Assembly (NCBI GenBank): GCA_964410905.1
Contig: CAYPIR010000001.1
Span: 85,861 to 149,860, forward strand
Length of the DNA: 64,000 nucleotides
Origin: an uncultured bacterium
Lineage (GTDB): Bacteria > Omnitrophota > Omnitrophia > Omnitrophales > Aquincolibacteriaceae
Reading direction: 5' to 3'
A program made the position numbers and the translations under genes. The notes beneath the pieces are model-generated. The model saw only the letters and a list, made by a program, of their open reading frames with translations, searched no databases and had not been told where the DNA came from. Positions 50,877 through 61,239 of the stretch are shown here, in pieces (within the stretch, counting starts at the first letter, position 1; every line of letters begins with the position of its first letter).

Positions 50877-52586
50877 CTATCTTCCCTCTTCAGAATAACT
50901 ACCCAAAGCTTGCGCCATCAATCTGTCGCGGACATTAAAGTAATCTTCAAAATCCGTTTTTTCGGTTTTGGGTTCTTTTAACTCACGATACCAATCTTGT
51001 TTTTTGACCTGCCAAAACGGCGCGACAGCATCATCAAATTTTGCCCTGTTATCAGGCGTTCCCTTTTTGGCTTCAAGCAGCGATGGGTCAGTGATAATGT
51101 AAGGTGTTACAAATAAAATAAGTTCGCGGTCATTAATAGTCTTTCCCTTGCTGGTAAAAAGCGCTTTGCCGAAGAGCGGGATACTGCTGAAAAATGGGAC
51201 TTTTCTATCAGCATTTTGTTGCGTGCTGAAAAGCATTCCTCCAATCGCAATTGTTTGTCCATCATTTACCATCATCGTGGTGCGGGCGGTGCGGACCGTT
51301 GGATCCCCTGTCTGCCCATCCGATTTAATTGAAATAACCGATTGATCGACAGTGGCAAATGTCGGCTCAACGGTAAGCGTGATTCTGTTAGAAGAATTAA
51401 TAAGCGGCGTAACACGCAAAATAGTTCCAACTTCAGCGCGCTCCGCCTCGCTTGTTGTTACTGAACCTGCATCCGAAGATCCTGATGTTGTAGAAACTTC
51501 ACCAATAGCCGCGTTTGTAGCGATTTTTATAAGTGCCGGATGATTATCCATTGCAAGGATTTTAGGCTTAGCTAAAATTTTTAGTCTTGACGCTGTTTCG
51601 AGAGCTTTAACTTTTATTTGAAAACTTGAAAAATCGCGAGTGCCGGGCGTTGTAGCGCCAGTGGCTTTAGTAAAATTAAACTGCTTGGCGGAATCTTTGG
51701 CGAGATCGGCAAATGCTATAAATGGATTTTGCGTGCTATCGTTATTAAATGGGAAATTAGTTGATTGCGAGGATCCGCTCACTGTTCCAAAAATGCCGTT
51801 TGAATCTCCCCATTCCACACCTAAATCACGGTCTAAATCTTCGTAAGTTTCAACAAGCAATACGTTTATGAGCACTTGATCGAGAGGTCTATCGAGCTGC
51901 ATAATCGCGGATTCAACCATTCTGAGACGATCTTCATAATCGGTAACAATCAGGCTATTTGAACGATCATCAAAAGAAACCTTTCCGCGTTCAGAAAGAA
52001 TGTTTTCGATAGATTTTTGAATAGCGGTCGACTCCGTCGTATTGTCATCATCTTGTTCCAAAGTCTGAAGCCCAGTTGACGAGCTTCCACTGCCGCTTGA
52101 GGAACCCCCGCCTCCGCTGGATGATGATGCGCTTATTTCTCGCATTTTCGCGACGCGGACATAGTAAAGTTTAAAAACTTTTGTAACAAGCGCAGGACTT
52201 TCGGCGGCGTTTGACGAAGCACGGAAAAAATAAATATTTTTACCCGGTATAAAATCATATGAAACATTGCAGCCATAATTTATAGAAAGAAGAACATCGT
52301 CAAGATCCGCCCCGTCAAGAGTCATGTTAACTTTTCGTTGAGAGATTTCGTTTCCTGCAACAAAATTAATTCCGCTTAGTTTCGAAAGAACGCTCAAAAC
52401 ATGTATTAGCGGCGCATCTTTAAAATCAAGGTAGTATTTCCCATCCATGGTTCTCTCGGGAGCACGCGATTCCGAAGGCTGTTGCGTGGGTTGCGGACGC
52501 ATAATGCCTTCTTGCGCGGCATTAGCAGAAGCCGTAAAGCAGAATAGCAAAATTAAAATAAAAAAAATACCACGACAGCATTTCAT
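50877..52586 (-). CDS. pilQ: Secretin (PilQ/GspD family). Start probably at MKCCRGIFFILILLF (52586) rather than the track's 52667
   Basis: C-terminal secretin motif ...PLFGKALFTSKGKTINDRELILFVTPYII; Gly/Ser linker SSSSGGGGSSSGSGSSS. Confidence 0.85.
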   Translation of the reverse strand: MKCCRGIFFILILLFCFTASANAAQEGIMRPQPTQQPSESRAPERTMDGKYYLDFKDAPLIHVLSVLSKLSGINFVAGNEISQRKVNMTLDGADLDDVLLSINYGCNVSYDFIPGKNIYFFRASSNAAESPALVTKVFKLYYVRVAKMREISASSSSGGGGSSSGSGSSSTGLQTLEQDDDNTTESTAIQKSIENILSERGKVSFDDRSNSLIVTDYEDRLRMVESAIMQLDRPLDQVLINVLLVETYEDLDRDLGVEWGDSNGIFGTVSGSSQSTNFPFNNDSTQNPFIAFADLAKDSAKQFNFTKATGATTPGTRDFSSFQIKVKALETASRLKILAKPKILAMDNHPALIKIATNAAIGEVSTTSGSSDAGSVTTSEAERAEVGTILRVTPLINSSNRITLTVEPTFATVDQSVISIKSDGQTGDPTVRTARTTMMVNDGQTIAIGGMLFSTQQNADRKVPFFSSIPLFGKALFTSKGKTINDRELILFVTPYIITDPSLLEAKKGTPDNRAKFDDAVAPFWQVKKQDWYRELKEPKTEKTDFEDYFNVRDRLMAQALGSYSEEGR

Positions 52587-52587
52587 A

Positions 52588-53109
52588 CTAACGCTTCCTT
52601 TCATCAGTAAAAGAAAAAATCGATTCATTATTCTGTCTTTTATACTTTGCCAAATCTTCCGCATCAACGAAAAATAATTTTCGCGTTGCCCCGTCCACTA
52701 TAACATCGGCTTCACCTTTTCTAACCTCCACAAGTTTTATTCCGTCTTTTTCTTCGCCAATCGCATAAAGCTCCCCGTTAAGCACGGCGAAGGCATCGTT
52801 TGCTCCAAGGCCTAAGCCTTGCAAAAGGACATCCCTAAACGAAACAGGCACTTGCGGTATAAAACGCTCTTCATTGTCTTCGCTCTCATCCGCTTCCGTC
52901 ACATCTTCTGTTCTTGCTCTAAAAATATCAACAACTTCTTCCTGCGCCGTAATTATGGAATCTTGAATTCCGGAAGACGAATAAGCCTCAGAGTATTCTC
53001 TTTCTTCATCTTCCCCAAAAGGATATTCTTCGGCAAATGTCATAGGCAGCATAAAAATAGAGAAGATACTAATACCTATAAAAAACAATAAGTATAGATT
53101 GCTTCTCAT
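52588..53109 (-). CDS. PilP-like pilus assembly protein (signal peptide, acidic linker, C-terminal beta domain)
   Basis: Position between PilO and secretin; 173 aa. Confidence 0.5.
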   Translation of the reverse strand: MRSNLYLLFFIGISIFSIFMLPMTFAEEYPFGEDEEREYSEAYSSSGIQDSIITAQEEVVDIFRARTEDVTEADESEDNEERFIPQVPVSFRDVLLQGLGLGANDAFAVLNGELYAIGEEKDGIKLVEVRKGEADVIVDGATRKLFFVDAEDLAKYKRQNNESIFSFTDERKR

Positions 53110-53113
53110 ATTA

Positions 53114-53665
53114 TCACTTCGCAGGAGACGATTTCAAATACGTCTCCCCCAAAAGTCTGACAGATAACATCTCTTCTCTAATTACGCTTTCATTTTTTTT
53201 GCTATTAAAATCCTCTGCGTTCCTTTGCATAGAAATTTCCTTTGCGAAAACAGATGGCGACATCTTTTCTGTGTCCCTCAAAAAATTACGCGTGGCAAAA
53301 AAACTTCCTGTCCCTTTCACGTCAAAAACAAGTTTTGTGTACAAACCTTCTTTTGCGGTTCTAGGCGTTATTTGTTCAATATTAAAATTGTTTCGCGATG
53401 CTAATTCCGATATTTGTTTAATTATTGCCGTGCGGTCCGAGGATGCGGTAAGAGTTGCATCAAATTCTTTTGTTTTATTTTTTAGCATATTAACGCTCTG
53501 CGCCAATTCAAGCAGCGTTTGAGATTCTTGATATTGCGTCTTAAGAGCCTCTTTTGTTTTTATCCCAGGGATGATTATAAAAAAGACTCCTATAACAACG
53601 ACTACAACAATAGCGCTTATTTTTATAGCCCAGTATTTTTGTTGTTCCGTTAGAATTAGTTCCAT
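53114..53665 (-). CDS. PilO-like inner-membrane pilus assembly protein
   Basis: 183 aa, N-terminal TM + coiled coil, position after PilM/N. Confidence 0.6.
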   Translation of the reverse strand: MELILTEQQKYWAIKISAIVVVVVIGVFFIIIPGIKTKEALKTQYQESQTLLELAQSVNMLKNKTKEFDATLTASSDRTAIIKQISELASRNNFNIEQITPRTAKEGLYTKLVFDVKGTGSFFATRNFLRDTEKMSPSVFAKEISMQRNAEDFNSKKNESVIREEMLSVRLLGETYLKSSPAK

Positions 53666-55188
53666 TATTCTTTTGCCCCGCTATCGCTTACTATCAAAAA
53701 CTGACTAGCGTTTTTCCCATGCAGTTTTGTCCGCTGCATTTCAGTCATGCGTATTTCAGGAAAACATTTTTTAAAATTTTCTTTTATCTGTAATGATTTA
53801 ATCCACCCCGTCAGAATCGCCGCTTCTTTTTCAGAACTTATAATTTGGCATATCCCGCGAATACTTAGTTGATTTGGTTTTTCTCCGCTAGCGGCATTTT
53901 GCTCAGCGGTTTTCGATATTAACATCGTAACATTATCCATCGAAATAGCTTTGGGAAGCCCTTTTGCCATATCTTCCAAAATTCTAACCGTGGAAACGCG
54001 TCTATCTTGAATGAGTTTTTGTTGTTTAAGTTTGTTTTTAAGATTTTCTTTCTCATTAGCCAAATCATCCTGCGTACGGCTTGTAAAATCGAGATCTAAA
54101 AATGTTCCTTCCTGATTTATCTCCTGAATCTGTCCTCTCAGTTGTTTTAAGTCTGGTTCAATAAAAATAAAACGAGACAATCCCAACAAACCCAGTATCA
54201 CTATTGCCCCAATTGCTACAAATTGCATGATTTTCGCCGGAGCGACGCTGCGTTTTTCCAATGGCAACAATTTAACATCACCTAGCGGGGACGAAATACC
54301 CAAATCTCTACACGCTAACCCGAATGCTATAAGAATTTTCGCGCTATCACTAGCAGAAATTTTGTCTTGTTCCGCAAAACGAGCCACATCAAATCTTATT
54401 TGATAATCAAAATCTTTTTCTAGAGATTCGCCCAGCGTTTTTAAATCCCCTGAGCCGCTTAAAAGAATTTGTTTTACAGCCTCCCCACCGGTAACTTTGT
54501 AAAAGTAATTAAGAGAAGTAGATAATTCTTCAAAGAACCGCTTGGCAGCATCTGCTCCACTTTCGGAAACGGAGAAATCTCGCGAAAGATAAACCACGCC
54601 GCCCACCGACAATGTAATATTGACATTGTTGTCGGCTTGAATAAAAACAAGCCCTCTTGCGGGTTCTTTGTCTATCATGCGAAGCGCAAAAAACGCCCGA
54701 GAAATCGCGGAAAACGCGGGTTCAACAATTAAAGGTTTAACTGAAACTGTTTTTATTTCCGCCAAATAATTTTCAAGAATGCTTTTAGGAATTGCCGTAG
54801 CTGTTACTTGAACAACTTGCTTAAAAGACTTGATAACCGAATAATCTAGTACAGCTTCTTCCAATTTGAACGGCAAATATCTGCTTGCTTCGTTGGGGAT
54901 AACAAATGCCATTTCCGTTTTAGGCACGTCTGGAATTGTAAATTGGCGGGTCGCGACGAAAGTGGGACTGAGGGTGATAGTCGCGTAAGCGCCTTTTTCT
55001 TCTATTTTGGCAAGCGCCCGCGCAATCGTTTTAGCCAAGGTAGAAATGTTAGGATTCGGCAAGTCGCTTTCTAAATCCGCTACCGGCTCGACTGAGAATT
55101 TTTTAATCCTAGGACCGGATGGAGAACTAACGGCAGAAACCGCTATTACCTCGTTTGTTCCTATGTAAAGACCGACACCTTTTGACAT
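53665..55188 (-). CDS. pilM: PilM-PilN fusion (actin-like ATPase domain, TM, PilN-like periplasmic domain)
   Basis: 507 aa; TM IMQFVAIGAIVILGLLGL around residue 320. Confidence 0.7.
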   Translation of the reverse strand: MSKGVGLYIGTNEVIAVSAVSSPSGPRIKKFSVEPVADLESDLPNPNISTLAKTIARALAKIEEKGAYATITLSPTFVATRQFTIPDVPKTEMAFVIPNEASRYLPFKLEEAVLDYSVIKSFKQVVQVTATAIPKSILENYLAEIKTVSVKPLIVEPAFSAISRAFFALRMIDKEPARGLVFIQADNNVNITLSVGGVVYLSRDFSVSESGADAAKRFFEELSTSLNYFYKVTGGEAVKQILLSGSGDLKTLGESLEKDFDYQIRFDVARFAEQDKISASDSAKILIAFGLACRDLGISSPLGDVKLLPLEKRSVAPAKIMQFVAIGAIVILGLLGLSRFIFIEPDLKQLRGQIQEINQEGTFLDLDFTSRTQDDLANEKENLKNKLKQQKLIQDRRVSTVRILEDMAKGLPKAISMDNVTMLISKTAEQNAASGEKPNQLSIRGICQIISSEKEAAILTGWIKSLQIKENFKKCFPEIRMTEMQRTKLHGKNASQFLIVSDSGAKE

Positions 55189-55216
55189 AAGTTTTTAATT
55201 TTCCGAAGTTATGTAG

Positions 55217-56128
55217 TTACGATAACAAAACCGTATCGCCCTTTTTAGCGATATAAATAGTATCAACTTCCCGCGCCACAACGGCAGAAGATGTCGGATA
55301 CGCGCGGTCAATTTTCCCGGACGCGAACGGGGTGCCTTCGCGCATAAATACTACACCGCGACCGGGCACAGCGCCCTGCTCGAGACCGATATCGACTTCA
55401 AAAAATCCTTGCCGCGCGTGTATAGCTTTAACCGCGCCTTGGACTCTTGAGGCAAAAGTGGATTTGTTCATATTTTCAAAAAATGAAAGCGCGTGCTGCT
55501 TCGTTACAATTTCTTGGACCTTGCTAGCCTTCGCGAGCGCTTGCGCCAATTCCGCGTCCTTATGTTTTAGAGCGTCAGAAACCGCGCTTAATTTCGCTTC
55601 ATATTGCGCGCTAAGCTGCATAAGTTCATCGCGATATTTTTTTTCTAAACTCCTCACATCATCTCGTTTTTCTTTCTCAAGCGTTTGAACTTTGTTGTTG
55701 CGCTCCCTAATTTTCGCTTCCAAATTTTGTATTCTTTCGCTTTTATCTTGCAAAGAAACCTCCAACGCACCAAACGAGGATTGCCATTGCGATGCTTCGC
55801 CTTTCCATGTATTAACTTTCGAGCGTTCTTGGGCAAGTAACTTAGCAAGCATTTTATTTTCACCTTTGCTTTGCGCATAAAGAAAAATAAACGCGCTTAA
55901 CGCGACGCAAGCCAAAATTAAAACGGGCGTGGCCCATTCCCGTTTTGAACTGAAGAGAAAAATTTCTTTTCGTGATTGGGATTCATTTGCTGGACTAAAA
56001 AATCTTAGTTTTTTTAGCCGGGACAGTTGAGACTCTTCCCTGTCGACATAATCTTGTGCAGAACGAATATTTTTAAGACGCGATCTGGTATAAAAAGAGT
56101 CTACTTTTTTCTCATCATAGTGAAGCAC
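55217..56128 (-). CDS. Hypothetical bitopic coiled-coil protein, first gene of the pilus operon
   Basis: TM ATPVLILACVALSAFIFLY, long coiled-coil, small C-terminal beta domain. Confidence 0.45.
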   Translation of the reverse strand: MLHYDEKKVDSFYTRSRLKNIRSAQDYVDREESQLSRLKKLRFFSPANESQSRKEIFLFSSKREWATPVLILACVALSAFIFLYAQSKGENKMLAKLLAQERSKVNTWKGEASQWQSSFGALEVSLQDKSERIQNLEAKIRERNNKVQTLEKEKRDDVRSLEKKYRDELMQLSAQYEAKLSAVSDALKHKDAELAQALAKASKVQEIVTKQHALSFFENMNKSTFASRVQGAVKAIHARQGFFEVDIGLEQGAVPGRGVVFMREGTPFASGKIDRAYPTSSAVVAREVDTIYIAKKGDTVLLS

Positions 56129-56281
56129 AGAAGCACCCCGCGCGTTTTGGTTTAAATTCTTTTTAAATTGTCGTTAAATTATCGGAACAATTTAAGAAAA
56201 TCTTCACAGGGGAAATGCACTTTTTTAGGAATGTTTCAAGCAAGCATATCCAGTAAAGCTCACCGTGTAAATGTGCTAAGT

Positions 56282-56908
56282 CTATTGATGAAATTTTTCA
56301 TATGTAGAAATTGCCGATTCTTCTTTGAGAGTAATGCCAATGTCATCGAGTCCGAGCAAAAATCGCTCCTTAACATTAGCGTCAACTTCAAAATGAAACG
56401 TTTTAACATTGGCGACTTGATATAAAGTTATGGTTTGCTCCGACAACTGAATACTTGCTTCCGCGCCAGGGTTTTTGTCTGTGTAAGCCATAATCTCGTT
56501 TACATCATTTTGCGAGAGCTCGATGAGCAAAAGCCCATTTTTTACACTATTATTTTTAAAAATATCGGCAAATGCCGGAATGCGGCTTTCGCCTTCGCCG
56601 ACACTCGGCGCAATAACTACTTTAAACCCGTATTGACAAATAGCCCAAACGGCGTGCTCGCGGCTCGACCCGCAGCCAAAATTATTCTGCGTGACAAGAA
56701 TAGTCGCATTTTTATATGCCGGTTTATTCAAAACAAAATCAGGGTTATCTTTTCCGCTGGCGAGATAACGCCAATCAGAAAAAAGCCCACTTTCAAATCC
56801 TGTCCGGCGTATAGACTTCAGGTATTGCTTTGGAATAATCGCGTCAGTGTCAACGTTCGCGCGGTTAAGCGGCAAAACTATCCCTTTAAAATCCTCGAAC
56901 GCTTTCAT
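56282..56908 (-). CDS. leuD: 3-isopropylmalate dehydratase small subunit (LeuD family)
   Basis: 208 aa, aconitase swivel domain motifs. Confidence 0.85.
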   Translation of the reverse strand: MKAFEDFKGIVLPLNRANVDTDAIIPKQYLKSIRRTGFESGLFSDWRYLASGKDNPDFVLNKPAYKNATILVTQNNFGCGSSREHAVWAICQYGFKVVIAPSVGEGESRIPAFADIFKNNSVKNGLLLIELSQNDVNEIMAYTDKNPGAEASIQLSEQTITLYQVANVKTFHFEVDANVKERFLLGLDDIGITLKEESAISTYEKFHQ

Positions 56909-58314
56909 TTGAGAGCCACCTTTCTGACATCGACAAAATGCCCCGCGACAGCCGCGGCCGCGGCCATCTCGGCGCTTACAAGATGTGTTCTTCCGTCTTT
57001 TCCTTGCCTGCCCTCAAAGTTGCGATTCGACGTGGACGCGCAACGCTCCTGAGGAGACAATCTGTCAGGATTCATCGCGAGGCACATACTGCATCCCGCA
57101 TCTCGCCATTCAAATCCCGCGCTTTTAAAAACCTCGTCCAAGCCTTCTTCTTCCGCTTGTTTTTTTACAAGACGCGAACCAGGAACGGCAAGCGCTCTCA
57201 ACCCCTTTGCCACTTTATTCCCTTTTAGATATTTTGCGGCAGCGCGAAAATCTTCAATACGTCCATTAGTGCAGCTCCCGATAAAAACCGTGTCAATTTT
57301 GATATCCGTAATCATCGTCCCCGGTTTTAGCCCCATATAATTCAGAGCCTTTTCGACATCTTCTTTTTTATATTCCGCGACTTTATCCGTTTCAGGAACT
57401 TTGTCCGTAATATCAGCGACCATTCCAGGACTTGTCCCCCACGTTACCTGCGGCACGATTCGCGAAGCGTCAATTACAAGCTCCTTATCAAACTTCGCGC
57501 CATCGTCCGTCTTTAAAGTTTTCCAATAAACAATTTTATTTTCTAACTCTTCACCTGTAGGCGCGTAAGGGCGTTTAGCGTCAACAATATATTTAAAAGT
57601 AACTTCGTCCGGCGCTATAAGTCCAGATCGAGCACCCGCTTCAATCGCCATGTTGCAAAGCGTAAGGCGTCCTTCCATAGAAAGATTGCGAATTGTTTCA
57701 CCGCAAAATTCTATGGCGTAGCCTGTAGCTCCAGCTGTCCCGATAAGTCCGATAAATTTAAGTGCCATATCTTTTGCCGAAACGGACGTCTGAAGTTTGC
57801 CTTTAAATTCAACTCGGAATGTTCTTGGTTTTTTTTGATGAAGACATTGAGTCGCCAAAACATGTTCAACTTCTGATGTCCCAATTCCAAACGCAATCGA
57901 CCCAAAGGCTCCATGCGTTGCGGTATGAGAATCTCCGCAAACTATTGTTTGACCGGGCAAAGTAATGCCAAGCTCAGGACCGATGATATGAATCACGCCC
58001 TGTTTGTCGCTGTCAATTCCAAAAAGCGAAACGCCGAAGTCTTTACAGTTTTGGTTTATCGCTTCTATTTGCGCCTTGGCAATCGGATCTTTAATCGTGT
58101 AGCGATCATCGGTCGGAATATTGTGGTCAATAGTCGCGAAGGTTTTCTCAGGGCGGCGGACTGTTCTATTCGCCAAACGCAATCCTTCAAATGCTTGAGG
58201 ACTTGTTACTTCGTGAACAAGCTGCCTGTCGATATAAAGCAAAGCCGTTCCATCGGCAAAAACTTTGACTACGTGATTTTCCCAAATTTTATCAAACAAA
58301 GTTTTTTTAGACAT
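56905..58314 (-). CDS. leuC: 3-isopropylmalate dehydratase large subunit (LeuC family)
   Basis: 469 aa; Fe-S Cys ligands in CGDSH..., GSCTNGR. Confidence 0.9.
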   Translation of the reverse strand: MSKKTLFDKIWENHVVKVFADGTALLYIDRQLVHEVTSPQAFEGLRLANRTVRRPEKTFATIDHNIPTDDRYTIKDPIAKAQIEAINQNCKDFGVSLFGIDSDKQGVIHIIGPELGITLPGQTIVCGDSHTATHGAFGSIAFGIGTSEVEHVLATQCLHQKKPRTFRVEFKGKLQTSVSAKDMALKFIGLIGTAGATGYAIEFCGETIRNLSMEGRLTLCNMAIEAGARSGLIAPDEVTFKYIVDAKRPYAPTGEELENKIVYWKTLKTDDGAKFDKELVIDASRIVPQVTWGTSPGMVADITDKVPETDKVAEYKKEDVEKALNYMGLKPGTMITDIKIDTVFIGSCTNGRIEDFRAAAKYLKGNKVAKGLRALAVPGSRLVKKQAEEEGLDEVFKSAGFEWRDAGCSMCLAMNPDRLSPQERCASTSNRNFEGRQGKDGRTHLVSAEMAAAAAVAGHFVDVRKVALK

Positions 58315-58409
58315 AGATCCTACATTATAAAAAGTTTTTTTGTTTTATCAAGAGAACATAATCCGACACGCTACCATAAAAATCAGAAGAAAGACAATTA
58401 TTACGCTCG

Positions 58410-59510
58410 CTAATCCGAACGAATATCTTCTAAAAACAATTCTCCTTGCGCAAATGGCTCGGACTGCGCTCTCCCGCAAAGTCCGCTTACTCCAACGCCT
58501 ATCAACCTAATAGGTTTTCGGCCTGCTAAAGTTTTACGCCTCAGAAGGTCGCAGGCGGTCTCATATAAAACACGACTTTCTTTCACAAAAGACGAAAGAG
58601 TCATTGAACGCGTAATTTGTTCAAAATCATAATATTTTATCTTCAGCACAATAGTCTTGCCGCTGCGGCCCTCTTGCTCAAGTTCATAAAAAACACGCTC
58701 AGATATTTGCGCTAGTTTTTTCATCAGCTTGTTTTTATCAAGAGTGTCCTTCTCAAGAGTTTCTTCGGCGCTAATTTGCGTTCGCTCCCAATAGGGATTT
58801 ACTTCACGGTTGTCTTCGCCCTTCGCCATTTCAAAAAGCGTTCTGCCCCATTTGCCAAGTCGCGCGACAAGCATTTCAACTTTTATTCCCCAAACATCTC
58901 CACAAGTTTCAATTGTCATACCGTGAAGAATTTCCTCTGTCTTCGGCCCCACGCCCGGCAGTTTGCGGACAGGTAAATTTTTTAAAAAATCTAAAACTTT
59001 TTCCGGATAAACAACTGTCAATCCGTTCGGTTTATTCATATCGGACGCGATTTTAGCAAGAAACATTTCAGGGGCGACACCGGCGGACGCAGTTAATTTT
59101 GTCGCGGCAAAAATGTGCTGCTTTATAAGTTCCGCGAGCTTAACAGGGTCGTTTAGTTTTAATTTGTTTTTACTAACATCAAGATATGCTTCATCAAGCG
59201 AAACCGATTCGACAAGAGGTGTGTATGTGTGGAAGATAGACATAATGGTGTCGGAGGCTTCACTATATCGCTTAAAATCGGGTTCAAGAAAAATCCCCTG
59301 AGGACAAAGCTGTTTGGCTTGAGATGTCGGCATTGCAGAATGCACGCCAAACTTGCGAGCTTCATAAGAACACGTGCTAACGACGCTGCGGCTGTTGGGA
59401 TTTCCGCCTACTATAACGGGCTTGCCGCGAAGTTCAGGATTGTCGCGCTGCTCAACCGCCGCGAAAAACGCGTCCATATCTATGTGGATAAATTTTTTCT
59501 GCCAAGTCAT
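58410..59510 (-). CDS. dinB: DNA polymerase IV (Y-family)
   Basis: IHIDMDAFFAAVEQRDNPELRGKPVIVGG. Confidence 0.9.
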   Translation of the reverse strand: MTWQKKFIHIDMDAFFAAVEQRDNPELRGKPVIVGGNPNSRSVVSTCSYEARKFGVHSAMPTSQAKQLCPQGIFLEPDFKRYSEASDTIMSIFHTYTPLVESVSLDEAYLDVSKNKLKLNDPVKLAELIKQHIFAATKLTASAGVAPEMFLAKIASDMNKPNGLTVVYPEKVLDFLKNLPVRKLPGVGPKTEEILHGMTIETCGDVWGIKVEMLVARLGKWGRTLFEMAKGEDNREVNPYWERTQISAEETLEKDTLDKNKLMKKLAQISERVFYELEQEGRSGKTIVLKIKYYDFEQITRSMTLSSFVKESRVLYETACDLLRRKTLAGRKPIRLIGVGVSGLCGRAQSEPFAQGELFLEDIRSD

Positions 59511-59524
59511 ACAAGGCCCAAAAC

Positions 59525-61207
59525 TTATAAGTTTTTTAAAATATCTCTCACCGCGACTATTTTAGTTTCACTTGTTTGTCTATTTTTAATTTCTACATTT
59601 CCTCTCGCCAAATTCCGTTCGCCTATTACGACCTGATAAGGAATACCGGCAAGGTCAGCATCGTTAAATTTCACGCCCGCACGTTCATCGCGGTCATCAA
59701 AAAGAGTTTCTTTTCCCGCCGCCAAAAGCTCTTCATAAATTTTATCAGCCGCTGCGCGAACATTTTCATCACCGTGATTTATAGTGATGACTTCCACCTG
59801 AAAAGGCGCTATTGAATCAGGCCATTTTATTCCTTTCGCGTCATGATTTTGCTCAATGGCAGCCGCTAAAATTCGATTTACGCCAATACCATAGCAGCCC
59901 ATAATTGCTGGTTTGCGTTCTCCCTTTTCGTCCAAAAAGTGCGCGCCAACTGATTCCGAATATCGCGTCCCAAGTTTAAAAATATGTCCAATCTCCATGC
60001 TTGTCGCCAAAGTCAATTTCCCGCTGCCGTCGGCGGCAAAATCTCCATCTTTCACAAAACGAATATCGCCTGCTGCTGTAGGTTCAAAATCTCTGCCTAT
60101 ATTTACGCCCTTCAAATGTTTATCTTTTTCGTTCGCTCCAGTTACGGCGTCCGCGATTCCTTCCACGTCCCAATCCGCGTAAATCGGAATTTTTAAACCC
60201 ACGGGACCCGCAAACCCGACGGGTGCGTTTGTAGCGTCTATGACTTCACGAGAGTCGGCCTGACGAAGAGTTTTTGCTCCGATAAGTTTACGAAGTTTTA
60301 TTTCATTAACTTCACTATCGCCCGTTACTATGGCCGCTACGGGCTTTTCGTCCGCGATAAAAATAAGCGTTTTTATTATTTGCGATGCTTGAATTTTATA
60401 ACGATGCGTAATCTCTTCCACCGTCCTGAGATTTGGCGTGTCAAAAATTTCCGGCTTTGCCATCGTAGGCGCAGGCGTTTTAAAATTCGTCTTAACACGC
60501 GTTGCGATTTCACGGCTTGCCAAATATCCGCCTTCAGAGCTGGCAATTCTATCTTCGCCATACGGACAAATAACCATAAACTCCTGGCTCATTTTACCGC
60601 CCATCATTCCCGTGTCAGCGCTCACAACCTGAAACTTCAGCCCGCAGCGTGAAAATATTTTGTGATACGCGTCATGCATTTTTTGATAATTTTCATCCAA
60701 ACCTTTTTCGTCCGCGTCAAAACTATAAGCGTCTTTCATGATAAATTCTTTTGTGCGGATAACACCAAAACGTGGGCGGGCTTCATCGCGGAATTTATTT
60801 TGAATTTGATAAAGATTTAAAGGCAGATCGCGAAAAGATTTGATATTTGTTCCGACCAAATCCGTTACGATTTCCTCATGCGTTGGGCCAAGGACGAATT
60901 CATGCCCCGCGCGATTTTTAAAAGAAATTTTGTCTTCACCAAGAGTGTCGTATCTTCCTGATTTTTTCCAAATATCCGCCGGATGAAGCGCCGGCATCAA
61001 AATTTCAGACGCTCCCGCACGATTCATTTCTTCGCGGATAATATTAATGATTTTATTCAAAACCCGGAAACCCAACGGAAGATAGCTGTAAACACCGGAT
61101 GAAAGTTGTCTGACAAGTCCTGCGCGAAGTGCAAGTTGATGACTCGCCGCTTCCGCGTCTTTGGGAACATTTCTAAGGCTTGGAATAAGAGTTTGTGTCC
61201 AACGCAT
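59525..61207 (-). CDS. proS: Prolyl-tRNA synthetase (bacterial type with editing insertion)
   Basis: 560 aa, class II motifs. Confidence 0.95.
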   Translation of the reverse strand: MRWTQTLIPSLRNVPKDAEAASHQLALRAGLVRQLSSGVYSYLPLGFRVLNKIINIIREEMNRAGASEILMPALHPADIWKKSGRYDTLGEDKISFKNRAGHEFVLGPTHEEIVTDLVGTNIKSFRDLPLNLYQIQNKFRDEARPRFGVIRTKEFIMKDAYSFDADEKGLDENYQKMHDAYHKIFSRCGLKFQVVSADTGMMGGKMSQEFMVICPYGEDRIASSEGGYLASREIATRVKTNFKTPAPTMAKPEIFDTPNLRTVEEITHRYKIQASQIIKTLIFIADEKPVAAIVTGDSEVNEIKLRKLIGAKTLRQADSREVIDATNAPVGFAGPVGLKIPIYADWDVEGIADAVTGANEKDKHLKGVNIGRDFEPTAAGDIRFVKDGDFAADGSGKLTLATSMEIGHIFKLGTRYSESVGAHFLDEKGERKPAIMGCYGIGVNRILAAAIEQNHDAKGIKWPDSIAPFQVEVITINHGDENVRAAADKIYEELLAAGKETLFDDRDERAGVKFNDADLAGIPYQVVIGERNLARGNVEIKNRQTSETKIVAVRDILKNL

Positions 61208-61239
61208 TTTTTCTCTGTCCTATTGTGAATTTAAAAGCG

